From: Octopus sinensis
Lineage: Eukaryota
Direction: 5' to 3'
NCBI RefSeq assembly: GCF_006345805.1
Contig: NC_043012.1
Span: 13,144,001-13,208,000, forward strand
Length of the DNA stretch: 64,000 nt
Shown here: in pieces, positions 35,050 to 49,646 of the stretch
How positions within the stretch are numbered: the stretch's first letter is position 1
How the letters are laid out: each line of letters begins with the position of its first letter
Translations under genes and position numbers: made by a program
The notes under the pieces: model-generated
Databases searched by the model: none
What the model was told of the DNA's origin: nothing
The model's input: the letters and a program-made list of their open reading frames with translations, nothing else

Positions 35050-38000
35050 GAGGAGAGAGTGATAGTGTAAATGTTTTTTATTTATTCAGTTTTTCTCGCA
35101 TCCTTTTTTAGTGAGTGGGTGATTGACTGAGAGAGAGAGGTGTTGTCATGTATATGTAAAATGATTAGGATCAGTCACATATGCACACAAACACATATGT
35201 ACACACATTATCTGTCGTATACATGTACATGCATTAATACATATGCATACATGTTTTTAATATGTATGCATATGAGGAAGAGAGAAAAGTCAGTCACTGA
35301 GTGAAGGTGTGTGTTCACATTACAATTTTTTTTGCATGTATGTATAAGTAGCTAAGTAAAATTTACACTATTACTATCTCTCTCTCTGTCACACACACAC
35401 TCTCTCTCTTTCTCCCTCTCTCTCAATCAATCCCTCACACATTCACTGAAAAATATGTGAGAAAAGATAAATAAAAAATGTATGCTGTCACTCTCTCTCT
35501 CTCTCTCTCTCACACATACACACACACACACTTTCTGTCTCGCACCTACCATCAACACATACACACGCCCATGTCTATTTCCTCTCTCTTCACTTTATGC
35601 TTACTTCAAACAAAATGTACATTTCCACTCACAAAATAAATAAATAAAATTTTTTTATGGAATTTACTGAACGCCGTAAGGTAACAGCTGAGCTGCGCCA
35701 CACACCTTCAAGTTAAAACAAAAGATTGCCAAAAATGTCTAGGCTATTGCCAAAATTTCTAAATAATATTTTAAGTTTTTAAAATTTTATGATATAATTG
35801 TATTAATTAATACAGATGACGTAATTAAACTAATTGCAATTAGCAGTGTCGTTGATAATTTTTTCCTTACCTCAATGATGCTGGTGACATATATTAAAAT
35901 CCCTTATAGAACTATATTCATAAAAAGTATAGAATATATTATCACCCTCAAATTTGAGAAACAAACACTCATAACTTTTTTCTTTTAAAACTTCATTGCA
36001 TAAGATTGATACCATGAAATTCCTCAAATGAGCTCATCTTTTAAGCTTAATTAAAATATAGTTTGTTTTTAAATAAAAAAGTTAATTATATTTAAATCTA
36101 ATTTTTTGCCTTACTTATATTTCTTCATGATATTTTACCTCACAACGTTTTTGATACAAATTTTTGCTGCATGGGATCAAAACTATGAAATTCTTAATGC
36201 TTTTCTATCAGTGAAGCTAAGATAAATATATTTTGCTTTTAAAATGAAAAAGCTATTTAAATCTAATCTTGATTGGAGGCGTTACTTACTCTCCTATAAC
36301 GTTGCTACAAATTTTGATGTAAACTTTTTTCTACTGGACCAAATTTCAATTTTTTAAGCCAAAATGTATTTAGGGACTAGTCCTCTTCAAAAATGTTAAC
36401 AGTTTTTAATTTGGTTAAGAACTGAATTAGCGATAAAGCTCTGAAGATGCTGCATGTGACTAAATTGCGGCCGAAAGAATATTATTCAACTACTACAGTA
36501 GTTGAATGATATGCATGTTTATCACCACATACACACACAGATACTTACATCCATATATATGTGGACTGTTAATGAGTGGTGAGGTATAGTTCCAGAGAAG
36601 ACTCATCCAATTCCTATGCAAGCATGGACATACAGATATACAGTGTAATATAAAAATGAAAGAAAAGTTTGTTAGAGTGCTGTTTCAATCAATCTTTTAG
36701 ATGTTAACACTATCAATAGTACAACTGTTGAAAACAGTTCTGTAAGGAACTAGAGCAATACACATATGAAACATTTTAGCCTGAAAGAATCCATAAAATA
36801 TTTTAGTTATACTAATTTGGATAAGTAAGAAATGATCCACCAATATTTCCTTGCTAAGATTGATATCCTTTTTTAAAATCATAAGGAACTCTCAACAAAA
36901 TTTTTTAACTATCTTGTAATGTATATGCACGCACACACACACGTCCCCACCCACAGTAATATTCATGTCATCAAAATATGCCAACAGTTTTTCTTAAACA
37001 AATACAATTTGTTTCAACTTAAATCTTCTATTAACTATTTGGAATATACCAGCACTATAAGAACTGACAGTGATATGAATAAAGCTTTTGGATGTTCTTG
37101 GCCATGTTAGAACATGCAATACCATATGAACATGCATCAGTTCTCTATAGCAATGTCACAACCACTGCGAAAATAGAACAAATTTAGTTTGAGAGTAAAT
37201 TCTCTCAAAGTGAGAAATACTGACAAGAAGTATAATCATTGATCCTTCTACTTTAATCATTCAACATCAATACTTCCACTTTAAAAAGAAAATAGAAAAT
37301 AGCAACATCCCTTGTAGCCTCTTACAACAGGCTTGGCCTAGAATTAGTTGCTGTTTTTTTTTACCTATGTCCAGCCTGATCAGATTACATCAATTATGTT
37401 GTTGAGCACTTCTTGTTGCCGACAGTGGATTGATGAAAGCTATTCTTTATCTCTCTATTTGCTTTAACTGACTTCTGCTGTTGATGTGTATAGCTGGTTC
37501 TGACTAAACTGGTTCTGTTTTTCACTCAGTCTGACGGTTTGCCATGTTACTTTCCATAACATAAACTTCTGCAGCAATATTTCCTCTTAAGATAATGATT
37601 CAAATATCTTACTAAGCTCATAAGTAAACACGAGTGGGGAAGAAAAGTTTGTGGGATCAAAAGTGATACAGAGTGAACTGAATTATGTCCTGCTATAATT
37701 GATTTTCTACTTGGTCACTCAACAGTTGATAACATATCTACCAGTAATACACTAGTATCAATAAACTATGCCTAATCAAGAATCATTGAGAATACAAAAA
37801 CACTTTTATGTTGGTTTATTGTAGCATTAATTCATGTTAACTGGATACAATAACTGAGGAAGATAGTGTACCAATAGTGGTGGCATTGGACTCCAGGTAA
37901 TTAGATGTGTAGCAAGAATGCTGACACAAACACATGAATGTTTCTTGAAATGAAATAAAAAACCTCACAAAATCTCTTTTCAAAATGTCCCACTATTTTG

Positions 38001-38970
38001 AAAACAGAAAAACAACCAAGCTAAAAGTTAAGGATAAATAATTGCTAGTTTGTTGTGTAGAGGGGAGATGACAAAGGAGTGGGTGGTTGGGCAAAGACTG
38101 AATAAGAACTTAAAAAACTTGAGTTTACAAGAAGAAAATACCTTGCATCACTTACCTGAGAGCACAAAATCTATAATTAGTGGGAAATGGAGAATTTAAT
38201 ATTGGTAGAGAAAAATAGGAGATGAATAATTTTTATAAATAAATAAGAGAAGCAAATGAATAAATAACCAAAATATAGCCAAAGCTAAAACAAGCAGCAT
38301 AAACAGTCTGAAATTTTGTGCATTTCTTAAACTTGTAATATAGAACTGGTGCAGACAGACATATGGATTGCAACAAATCAAATTCTTGAAGCAAACAGGT
38401 GATAGGAAGAGAAGAAAGTCACTCATTTGGAATGTTTGGAGTGTTGTTTTGGTTGGCTGTATGATAAGTGTAGGGGACAAGGCAGTGAAAACAATAGTTT
38501 TAGGTCCCCAGCACATGCGCCCTTAGCATGCCACAAAGGGAATAGGGGTTCACTTTAGGTGTTTATTCCTGCCATATAAAGGAAGATAAAATTTTGAGAT
38601 TGATTTTGTTTAGTAACAGTAATAAGTTCTTTTGAAGGTGCCAAAATACCTGTAGACACTCAGAGTTACAAGTGAAACCATAATGATGTACTAAAGAAGT
38701 ATTATGAAAGAGGTGCCTTGAAATTTAAGAGCTTGTGTTTTAGGAATTTCAGGTGATATAGTTTTATTATTCATTATCAAATGAATAATAATAGTAAAAG
38801 AATACTTTGGATGCAGATTTTAATTTAACTAAATCATAAATATACTCAATAGTATGAGTGTCATTTATTTTGTAGAATTAAAAATCCCAGGACCTGAACA
38901 TTGGTGAAGGAAATAAATTATGACAGATCACTTGAAAACAGATTTATTTAAGCCTCACTTGAAAACAGAT

Positions 38971-39070
38971 NNNNNNNNNNNNNNNNNNNNNNNNNNNNNN
39001 NNNNNNNNNNNNNNNNNNNNNNNNNNNNNNNNNNNNNNNNNNNNNNNNNNNNNNNNNNNNNNNNNNNNNN
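38971..39070. other. Assembly gap (100 N)
   Basis: Run of N. Confidence 1.
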
Positions 39071-40930
39071 CAAGATCATGTTAGATCGTCTTGTTGAGAT
39101 TGTGTGTGCACATGTGGGAAGTTAAAGGCGATCCACGTTTGTCTTTAGATGGTGCATCTAATTACAAGTCAGCAGCTTGCGGATTTTTCTATCAATTTTC
39201 ATAATTTCACTGGTATTCCAGTTAAGCACATTGTAGCTATAAAGAACAACTGGGACTGCTAAGGAATTTATGGGTAACACCTTATTATATGCATTCGCGC
39301 TCAGACTTCGGGACCGCTTCGAACTCTTCTATAACATTCCTACATAACATTCTCTTTCATACTTGCATGCTGGATACCAGAGCCTTTATTTACTCCGAGG
39401 TATTTATAGGTTTGTTCCTGCTCAAGTTCCTTTATTACTGTTTCGACATCTAATTTGACTGAACTTGACTTTACCAATTTCCCTTTCGGAAAAGTGGCTT
39501 TGGCACACTTTTCAAGGCCAGACTCCACCCCGATATCATTACTAAATCCTTTCACAGTATGTAAGATTTCTTCAAGCTCTTCATCATCTTTGCCATATAG
39601 TTTTAGGTCATCCATATAAAATAGATGGCATATTTTTCTGTTGTCAATTTTATAGCCATACCCCGTTCTTTTCAGTTCACTTGAGAATGGTATTAGTGTT
39701 AAGCAGAAAATTAATGGTGAAAGTGAGTCAGCGTGGAAAATCCAAAGTTTATGCTAATATTGTTTGATCGCAATACTTCATTAGAATGATATAACTAGAG
39801 CTTCGTATTCCATAGTGACATACTATACTTTTAAAAAATATGAAATCACAGGAGAAATTTTGAAAATGTCCAGCGATTTCAGAATCCACGAATGTGGTAT
39901 GCTGTCAAAAGGCTTTTTTGTAATCAATCCATGAAGAACTGAGATTTCTGCGCTTGTTATGGCAGTTCTCAAGGATCATGCGATTAATTAGGAGCTGATC
40001 TTTGCATCCGTACGAGCCTCGTCTGCATCATTTTTGTTCAGTGGGAAAGAGGTTATTCTCTTCCATAAACGTATATGATTTCTCTACTAGAATAGATGTC
40101 AAGATCTTATAGGTAGTAGATAAACATGTTATAGGCCGGTAGTTTTTGGGTCTTTCGTTGCGTTATTTTGGGGGAGGAGGTAAGTAATACCACTTGCCAT
40201 CCAATGTGGAATTTTTTCCGGGTCATTCATAATACTATTAAATAGTATTATTAACATTTTGTGTGCGGACGAGAGTGATGAGAGCCAGAAATTTGGTACT
40301 CTGTCAATACCAGGGGATTTCCATTTATGAACCTTCGTTAGTGCCCTCCTTAGGTCAGCGATTGAGATGTTTTCCCATACCTGTTCTTGCAGATTTTTGT
40401 AGTCGTCTTGGGTGCGTTTGATCCACTCTGCATTTTCATTGCATGGTTTCTCATTACTCCAGATCCCCTGCCAAAAGTTTTCAACTTCTTCCAGTAGGGA
40501 TGGATTTTCAATGGTTATTTTTTCTTTCCCTATTTCCCCGTAAAATGATTTGGCATTGGATTTGAACATCTTATTTTGTTTGTAGAATTTGATTCTTTTC
40601 TCAAATCTGCGTGTTCTCTGAGCTTTTGCTTGAACTTTTTGTTTAAGTGTTTCTTTCGCTGAGATTAGTTCTTCTCTTGTTGAGAATCCATAGTTTGTCA
40701 CAATCTTCATGCCTTTTCTTGATCTTACACCATTTCCAGAGATTAGCCCAGTTAATATTAATATCTCCCTTCGCATTTATTCAATTTCAGTTTTAATTCT
40801 ACTCCTCCAGTTTGATTTTCGTTTCGAATTTTCGACTGTTGGCTTTTTGGGCATTAAACAGCGTCTTTCGATTACCTTAGCAAGAGAGTAAATAAGTTCA
40901 TTAAACTTATTAGAGATCGGGTTTTAGTTG
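39071..40930 (-). pseudogene. R4/Dong-clade LINE RT remnant
   Basis: ORF 40129-40776 has WKSPGIDRVPNFW and ITYLLPQN. ORF 39340-39615 has YMDDLKLYGK...GLEKCAKAT...TYKYLG. Bordered by (TTC)n(TTA)n at ~41115-41200. Confidence 0.9.
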
Positions 40931-41153
40931 TTGTATGGTTTCTTGTGAAACGCAGTTGCCATTTTTTATTTGTTTTATGTTTGAGTGCATTTGAGAGTTT
41001 ATGGAGTGATTCCCTATCATTCAATATTTGTATGCCCTACAACTGCAAGCTCATTCAGCACTTCCTGCTTCATTTCAATGATAAATTTTCTGCGTTGTTC
41101 AGCAAATATGTGGTCTTCTTCTTCTTCTTCTTCTTCTTCTTCTTCTTCTTCTT

Positions 41154-41184
<31 letters not shown>

Positions 41185-41224
41185 TCATTATTATTATTAT
41201 TAATTATTATCGTTATTTTTATAT

Positions 41225-43145
41225 AATCTTTTGTTTTTCCACGGTACATACGCACATCAAATAAGCAATGTAATAACATTAAACATTTTCCAATGCATTC
41301 ATTATTACAAACTACTCAGTTCAGAACCGCAAATGGTATTCGACGTTGACATCAATGCAGATGATCCTGGAAATATATTTTACAAGAGTCTTCTTAAATT
41401 TTATACGTATCATATTCTACGTTTTACATTCACTATTAGCACAACTCTTGTATTACATACTTTATCCTACGTTTCCTTACTTGCGCTACATTCTGTTTCT
41501 TTTGTGTGTAATATTGAACAATAAAACTTTAAATCTTATATATTTTCATTTTCTTTTTCAAGTAAGTTCCTTCTTCTATTCGAATGAAATATGCAATGCG
41601 CGTTTTACATAAGGAAAGATCAAAATATCAAAATATATATTTATATATAATATTTTAGAATAACTGTTTCAAAATCGGGTGAGAATTAAATATTGAACAT
41701 TAATCAGCAACTGGAAGCCTACATTCATGCATCAATGTCAGAAGCCAATATAAACTGCATTTCCGATGAGGAGAGCGCTGTTGGAAATATGAAAATTTAT
41801 CCCAAAAATCTGCGGGTCAAGACTTCTTAATTGAGGCTTGTTTTTGATACACGACATTTAGTGCTGTGATGTACATAGCACAAATTTTTGTGCATCTCTA
41901 AAACGAGGACTATATGTATAATATATGTGTATGTGGTTTTATGTGTTTATATGTGTGTGTGTATGTAGGTATGTATGCATTTGAAAAAATTACAAATCTA
42001 TACAAATCAGATTATTATATATAAAGAATGGAGAAGGAAACGGTACAGAGGTAAATCTGAGACATTCAAATTTAGAACGAATTTAATAAATTGATTTAAA
42101 AATTAGGTAACAAAAGTATAAACTATTAACGGTTTTGATGATGAATTTCATATTACCAAATATTAATAAAAATTTATAAACTATAAAAACAATATCCCAT
42201 CTGTTTGATGGTCAAAACATGTCTGGATATTTTTTCGTTGAAGTCTTCTTTAAATATAGTTTGGTATAAGGTTCAAAGCGTTAGACAGGAAGAGGTTTAG
42301 TTGAGTATCGTCTGAAAAATACCTATAGGCTCCTGCCGAGGGAGTATAAGTCTAAAGGTGTGCGTGTGTGTGTTTGTATGTGTGCATATGTGAGTGTGTG
42401 TGTGTTGTGAATGTTCTTTAAGTATGTTTGAAAAGTGACCAGTATGTATTTTGTGATGAATGCCTTAAGAAACGAATTAAGATTTTCCTTCTTTTTGGTG
42501 TATGTGGTTGTGAATTGCGATGTTTCATCTGAATATCTCCAAATGTGTATATCTATGTGTATTTGTGTGTGTGATGTTTTCTTTTGGGTGTCTCCAGGTG
42601 TGATTTGGTTTTCGTGTGTTTTTGTTTTCTTACGATATCTTCTTTTCTGTGTATGTGTGATTGTGTGTATATTATTTTGTTTTAATTCATATTTGGTAAG
42701 ATGAAATTCATCATCAAAACCGATAATATTTTATACTCGATTTATATAACCTTTAAGTCATTTTATAAATATCTTTCTAAATTGACAAAATCTTGGTCCC
42801 AATTCTGTACGGCTTCCACCTCCATCTTATATACACACTCATACACCCACAGAGGTACGCGAATACACACACACATACACATTTTTGAAAGATATAAATA
42901 CTTCTTAAAGGGATGTCTGCATCCATGTTACTCGCTTTTATCCAGTGTGTCAGTGAAAAACTAAAAGATGTTACCGTCACTTTGATGTATATATTCATAT
43001 TACCATTTAAAAAATAGAAAATGGAGAAATTCTTCTGTCCATGACGAAATGTTCAATTAACTATATTCAGTAAGAATCTCTAAGTTGATGTGCCTCATTT
43101 GAATTACTTTGGCATGGAAACAGTTGTAGGATCAATGAGATTGAT
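41225..43145 (+). repeat. ~1.9-kb repeat unit, inverted relative to 51420-53415; partial third copy at 46790-47720
   Basis: Shared blocks ttccacggtacat..cacatcaaataagc, gacgttgacatcaatgcag, ttgaagtcttctttaaatatagttt and gatgatgaatttcat. Internal ~140-bp inverted repeat (42020-42170 vs 42690-42830). Confidence 0.85.
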
Positions 43146-43214
43146 ATCATTGCCAACTGGATTTTTTTCAATAAATTGTTTTCTGCATATCATTTTCACC
43201 ATGTTCTTTTCCAT

Positions 43215-43620
<406 letters not shown>

Positions 43621-43659
43621 TGTATGTATGTATATATACATATGATTCGTTGGAAAAAT

Positions 43660-45080
43660 AGAGATGAGAATGCAAGGAGTGCTTTTTAAGGGACATTCGG
43701 CATCCCATTCTTTGATATGCTGTTAGCATGTTGTTTATTAAATCAGAATACCTTTCAGCTCAACGATTTCCAAGAAAGTTCTGTACAACTTACATTAAGG
43801 AACTCCATGCCGTCAACTCAACTGGAGTCAGTTTACCTCTGAATGTGCTATCAGACATGAGGTCCAATAAAAATGTCTGCTTTCAGTTTTGCGTCTCAAC
43901 ACCAAATTTTACTTTTAGTTACTGGAAGTCACAACCATCGTGCGTCATTGCTTTTACGAATTTTTTTACATGAGTGGAAGGAAGATATTTTGCAGTTCTA
44001 CCAGTGGTATATTCAGCACCTTGTACCGACCAACTATGCACTCTTCTCTGTTATGTCTGACTTTTATATTGTGTAATTATTACTGTCGTTGCGGCTGCTC
44101 CAAATATACAAGAAGCACATGTTTTTGGTATATCCCAGCTGCAGTTCTAGGAGGAGAGATATCGCCTTTGAATCACCACAACTATTCCCACTTATGAACT
44201 GAGTAATTAACTCCTTGCAGAATGAGTTCCATCGATTCATAAGTTTCTTCTATATCGATAAAATGATCCACAAAAATGGCGGTTTTTCATTACCATTATG
44301 TAATAATACAGCTTTGAGGTTAACCTTACTCAAGTCTATAAACAATCTCCCTTCGTCAGCCGTATGCTCGTGTCCTATATTTTGCATGAGTGCATTAACA
44401 TCAGTACAGAAACAAGCATTATGTTCTTTCTTCAAAAAGACAGATAAGCCTTCATGGTAAGAATGGAAAATGGAAATTTTCGTACGGCGCTGTAGGAGAT
44501 TCCATTGCAGTAGTGTAGATCCCAAACCGTTGCCTTCTCCTTTGACAATGCTAGATCTCTTCCTAAATTGTTCAAATCTACATCATTAAACAAGCGTGGC
44601 TCATTTTTCTTAGAATCAACTGTGTGCTTTTCGTCGATAGGTGAATCGGGGGTTCATCGTGCGACGTGCCTAGGGTTTCAAGTGAATCATGTGAATGAGA
44701 AACTGTGACAGGGTTATCGAAGTCATGTGGGACTGACATTAGAGCCGACTTATAATCTGCGTGCACAATTTTTGCTTAGGTTTTCTTTGGTAAATAAATA
44801 ATATTAGTCATGCAAACGTATTTATCAGAGATATGATTGACTTGCTCGCGCCATACCATTGGTACAACAAAAGGCATTCCCTTCTTTTTCCATTCAACCA
44901 CTGGGTAAGCCCTGAGTAACACATGCTGCAGCAGATATGATGTACCCACCTCTTGATTTGATCCCCAACTTTACACTTGAATTAATATTTATGAGCAAGT
45001 TTTAATTTGGTGGCAATTCTTCTGCTGGTTACGCGGGGAAAATTTCCTGTTCATGATCTAACAGAATGGACTCAGTTAAA
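43660..45080 (-). mobile_element. Chapaev3-like (CMC superfamily) transposase pseudogene
   Basis: Minus strand GDQIKRWVHHICC...WLNGKKKGMPFVVPMVWREQ, LFIDLSKVNLKAVLLHNGN and DAKLKADIFIGP. Family assignment is from motif memory. Confidence 0.65.
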
Positions 45081-45760
45081 TCACTAATCAGGCAGAGTGG
45101 GAGATACGCATATAACACATGACAGCAGAGTAAACGACACTGAGAATTATCAAGAACAAACTGACGTAAGGGGCGCTTGCACACAATAAGTCAGCACCAT
45201 TTATTGTTCAACTAAATAATGAAAATTCTCATCGTTTGTTTTATTGCCGTTATTTATTTAATTTTGAATGAAGACCGCATTCATTTAAGCAAATTTTATA
45301 ATACAGCCTATATATAAGCTGTAAGTATAGTTATAATCTTGTGCAAGCGCATAACACCGGATCCTGACGTGCTACTACAATACTGAGTAGTGTAAAACAC
45401 GTACTTTTACTCCAAAAGAAAAATCTTTGTTGTCAAGTGCTATCTAATGTGCCTTCACAAAGGGAAAGAGAACAAGAGAAAGAAAAACGAAAACGTCCTA
45501 CCTATTTGAAGACATTGGAGATATTTACAAAACAATTAATTTTTATTTTAATTTAATTGTCTTTCTCCTTAATTAATACCCACCATTGTTATAATTTTTG
45601 TTGAACAAATCGAACACACTGAGAACGTTAGTAACTGTTGCAAAATATATTTCATGACACAATTATTTCAGCATTTATTTCACAATTATTTCACATACCA
45701 GCATGCACGCAAGCACACAGACACACGCGCACACAGACACATACATACACAGACAAGCAC

Positions 45761-45822
<62 letters not shown>

Positions 45823-46789
45823 TATATATGTATATATATATATATGTGTGTGTGTGTGTTTACATGCATACACAGAAAATATATATGAATGTGTGTGTTC
45901 ATATATATACATATGTAGGGCGTGTTACGCAAACCTTTTAGATTGTGCCGAAAAGAATGGATGAACAATCCCGCAGAAATAATGCCTCGAATTTTGAATC
46001 GTAACATTTTTATTCATTACTAGACTTTACAATAGCTTTTTTTTTTCACACCTAAAAAATATTGACTATATGACTTTTCCATGATGGATAGACATGCAAT
46101 TTTGAAAACAATTATCGTTGTGGTATGTAATGCAACCATCGTTTTTGCCTTATATTAGTAATATATAATCCTGTGTTTCTTTGAGAATCCGATAAAGCGC
46201 AACCTCAGCAGTTATCACTTTTGAAACTGCTTTAAATATTCTTGCAGCAAACGGCTGCACTTAACGAATACTACCAATGTGATATAGACTAATATCAGCT
46301 CGTAATTACTGAAAACGTTTTAAGGAAAACAGAAAATCCTATGCCTTCTTAAAACTACAAATATTTACATATATATATTACAGAATTAAATCTTTATAGA
46401 CATGCATAGCAAAATATATTTGCACATCACGCTAATGTTTCACGTGAAAAAGTATAAACACATACATTTATAATGATCACATGATAGAAAGTTGCGCATA
46501 TAAAAACCACCAAACGAGTGAAGATAATTTTAAAACTACCAGAACACCAGATACTCTTCAAAGTTACAAATAAGAAGTCGGCTTAACTGAGTTCTAGTCA
46601 AAGTATTTGAGTGACGTATGTTACTAGATGTGTTTGTGTGTTATGTATAATATCAACATTGTTAAAGGGAAATTTAGATAAATAACATTGGCATATATCT
46701 CACGTTTACATATATCGTTTACCGTGTAGGTGATTTTGCAAATGAAATGGAATATTGATATAAATTTATGAAAACGCATAATATAAACT

Positions 46790-47018
46790 CATTTGTCTTC
46801 CACGGTACATTCACACATCAAATAAGCTAGAAAATACCATTAAATATTCTACTATACATTCACCATTACCACCTACTTAGTTTATAACGGCTAATGTTGT
46901 AAGACGTTGACATCAATGCAGGTGCTCCTGCAAATATATGTTGCTGATGTCTTCTCAAATGTTAAACCTTGTATTACATATTTTACACTATATTTCTCTA
47001 CATGCGCGACATTCTGTT

Positions 47019-47058
<40 letters not shown>

Positions 47059-47473
47059 TGTGTGTGTGTCCCCGTGTGTGTGTGTGTAAGAGATGGAGGT
47101 GGAAACATCAGAGGAGTGAATTTAAGACATTTTAGTTTAGTTTATAAATAATTTAATATAATGATCTGAAAATTCTATAAAACAACTATTAAATATTACC
47201 GGTTACGATGAAGAATATCATATTACAAATTATTAATGAAAATCATTTAAAAAAATTAAAGTAAAAACAGTGTATCATTTAATTGATTGTCATAGCATGT
47301 CTGGAGGTGTTTCGTTGAAGTCTTCTTTAAATATAGTTTAGTACAGTGTTCAAGGTGTTAGAGGGAAAGTGGGGGGTGTAGTTGTGTACTTTCTGAAAAA
47401 TGTCTGTATGTTCCTACCGAGAGAGTGATTTATAAATATTAATTGAATGGGATATAAATCTAGATATATATCT

Positions 47474-47518
<45 letters not shown>

Positions 47519-47720
47519 GCTCAATGTCCTTTCAATATGTTTGGAACGTGACAAGTTAATTCCTAATGAGTGTGTATATTGTAATGAATGTCTTGTTAAG
47601 AAAGGAGATAAGATTTTCCTTCTTTTTGGTTTGTGTTGGTTTGATCTGCGATGATTTCTGATGAGTATCTCCAGCTGTTTGTATATATGAGCGTCTGTGG
47701 TTATAAGAGGTTTTCGCTGA
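46790..47720 (+). repeat. Partial diverged copy of the 41225 repeat unit
   Basis: tttgtcttccacggtacattcacacatcaaataagc, gacgttgacatcaatgcagg and gttgaagtcttctttaaatatagttt. Confidence 0.75.
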
Positions 47721-48160
47721 TTTGTAATCAAGAAAATCGTGACAGTAATTGATTATGCCTCATCACAACAAACGACGAGGTCACATGCTGGTGTACTGAG
47801 AACTGCAGCTGCTAATGTCCATATATGTGTTACGGCTGTGGTAGTACTTCTTTGTCGCTGATATGATAAATACGACAACATAAAAACATCAGACTCTTTC
47901 GTCCAACATATAAGATAGCCTTGCGAGATTATCTTCAATTATAAGAAGGATTTCTGCGCTCCCCTTTATATCACAAAGTTATTTTAAGTTATAAAGATAT
48001 ATTAGGGCACCCGCTAAAAGATGCAGAGCTTAATGTACTATTTTTCTCATATATATCCAAAACTAATTGAAAGTATCAAAACCAATTTTTACATATATTT
48101 ACATAAAATCTTTCATCATTTCTCTCTCTCACCCCCTCTCTCTCTAATATATATATATAT

Positions 48161-48211
<51 letters not shown>

Positions 48212-48362
48212 GGGTGGGAAGGGGCTGTTGACACCAATCGTTTCATTCACAAATTTGAATTCGGTGATACTAGTTGAGGATTCTAGCTCGCTCTGATACT
48301 GAGTTGAGTTGGTACCTCTAGTATCTCAAAATTCAATATATAATCATTTATGATTATAGTAT

Positions 48363-48466
48363 TCCACGCTGAAGAGAAAAGAAGTTTGGTAAGATAGAAT
48401 TATTTTATTTAATATTTTAATTCTTATGCTTTCCTAAAACTTGATTTCGAAACGTACGTCCGTGGA
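48363..48466 (+). ncRNA. Type I hammerhead ribozyme, extended helix II, GUC site (cut after 48460)
   Basis: tccacg CTGAAGA gaaa-ag-aagttt...agaatt [loop] aattct...aaactt-ga-tttc GAAA cgtacg TC cgtgga. Helix III ACGTACGT is a palindrome. Confidence 0.9.
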
Positions 48467-48948
48467 TAACTTTAAAAATGTTTGATAGATTGCGGTTAAT
48501 TCATTCTCTCTTACCTTTTGTGTCAGCCTTCCAATTGCTGTTTTTACTGAGATCTCCCTTTTTAGTAGAAGAAAATAGCTATAACCTTTGACTGCTATTT
48601 CTAAATTCGGTATGTGGTAAGGCAATTCGTTGCTGAACCCTTATTGCTTAGTATTACTTAATTTTCCTCAAATGGGCTTTTACATGCCGAAGACTATTGG
48701 TGTAATTGATAATATTCTAAATTAATTAATTCACCCTTCATTATTCGGATAACCATATTTTATCTCAGTAGATGACTACAGCATCTTTTTTGGCTACACG
48801 CGGGTGGGAAGGGGCTGTTGACACAATCGTTTCATTCACAAATTTGAATTCGTGATACTAGTTGAGGATTCTAGCTCGCTCTGATATGAGTGAGTTGGTA
48901 CCTCCTAGTATCTCAAAATTCAATATAAATCATTTATGATTATAGTAT

Positions 48949-49054
48949 TCCACGCTGAAGAGAAAAGAAGTTTCGGTAAGATAGAATTATTTAATATTAA
49001 TATTTTAATTCTTATGCTTTCCTAAAACTTGATTTCGAAACGTACGTCCGTGGA
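48949..49054 (+). ncRNA. Hammerhead, array copy 2 (cut after 49048)
   Basis: Same core, helix I and ACGTACGT palindrome. Confidence 0.9.
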
Positions 49055-49543
49055 TAACTTTAAAATGTTTGATAGATTGCGGTTAATTCATTCTCTCTTA
49101 CTGTTTGTGTCAGCCTTTCAATTGCTGTTTTACTGAGATCTCCCTTTTTAGTAGAAGAAATAGCTATAACCCTTTGACTGCTATTTCTAAATTCGGTATG
49201 TGGTAAGGCAATTCGTTGCTGAACCCTTATTGCTTAGTATTACTTAAATTTTCCTCAAATGAGGCTTTTACATGCCGAAGACTACTTGGTGTAATTGATA
49301 ATTATTCTAAATTAATTAATTTCACCCTTCATTATTACGGATAACCATATTTTATCTCAGTAGATGACTACAGCATTTGTTTTGGCTACACGCGGGTGGG
49401 AAGGGGCTGTTGACACAATCGTTCATTCACAAATTTGAATTCGGTGATACTAGTTGAGGATTCTAGCTCGCTCTGATACTGAGTTGAGTTGGTACCTCCT
49501 AGTATCTCAAAATTCAATATATAATCATTTATGATTATAGGAT

Positions 49544-49646
49544 TCACGCTGAAGAGAAAAGAAGTTTCGGTAAGATAGAATTTTTAATTTTAATATTTTA
49601 ATTCTTATGCTTTCCTAAAACTGATTTCGAAACGTAAGTCCGTGGA
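49544..49646 (+). ncRNA. Hammerhead, array copy 3 (cut after 49640)
   Basis: Core intact. Helix III reads ACGTAAGT (palindrome broken) and helix I has lost one C, which may be mutation or a consensus error. Confidence 0.75.

Noticed and set aside
36436-36490. CTGAAGA tgctgca...tgcggcc GAAA gaatattattc
   Set aside because: No U16.1, mismatch at 10.1-11.1 and no helix I.
38156-38170. Possible 15-nt microexon on the minus strand (ttatag|...ctcag|gtaagt)
   Set aside because: Splice-like motifs alone are common by chance and no partner exons can be supported.
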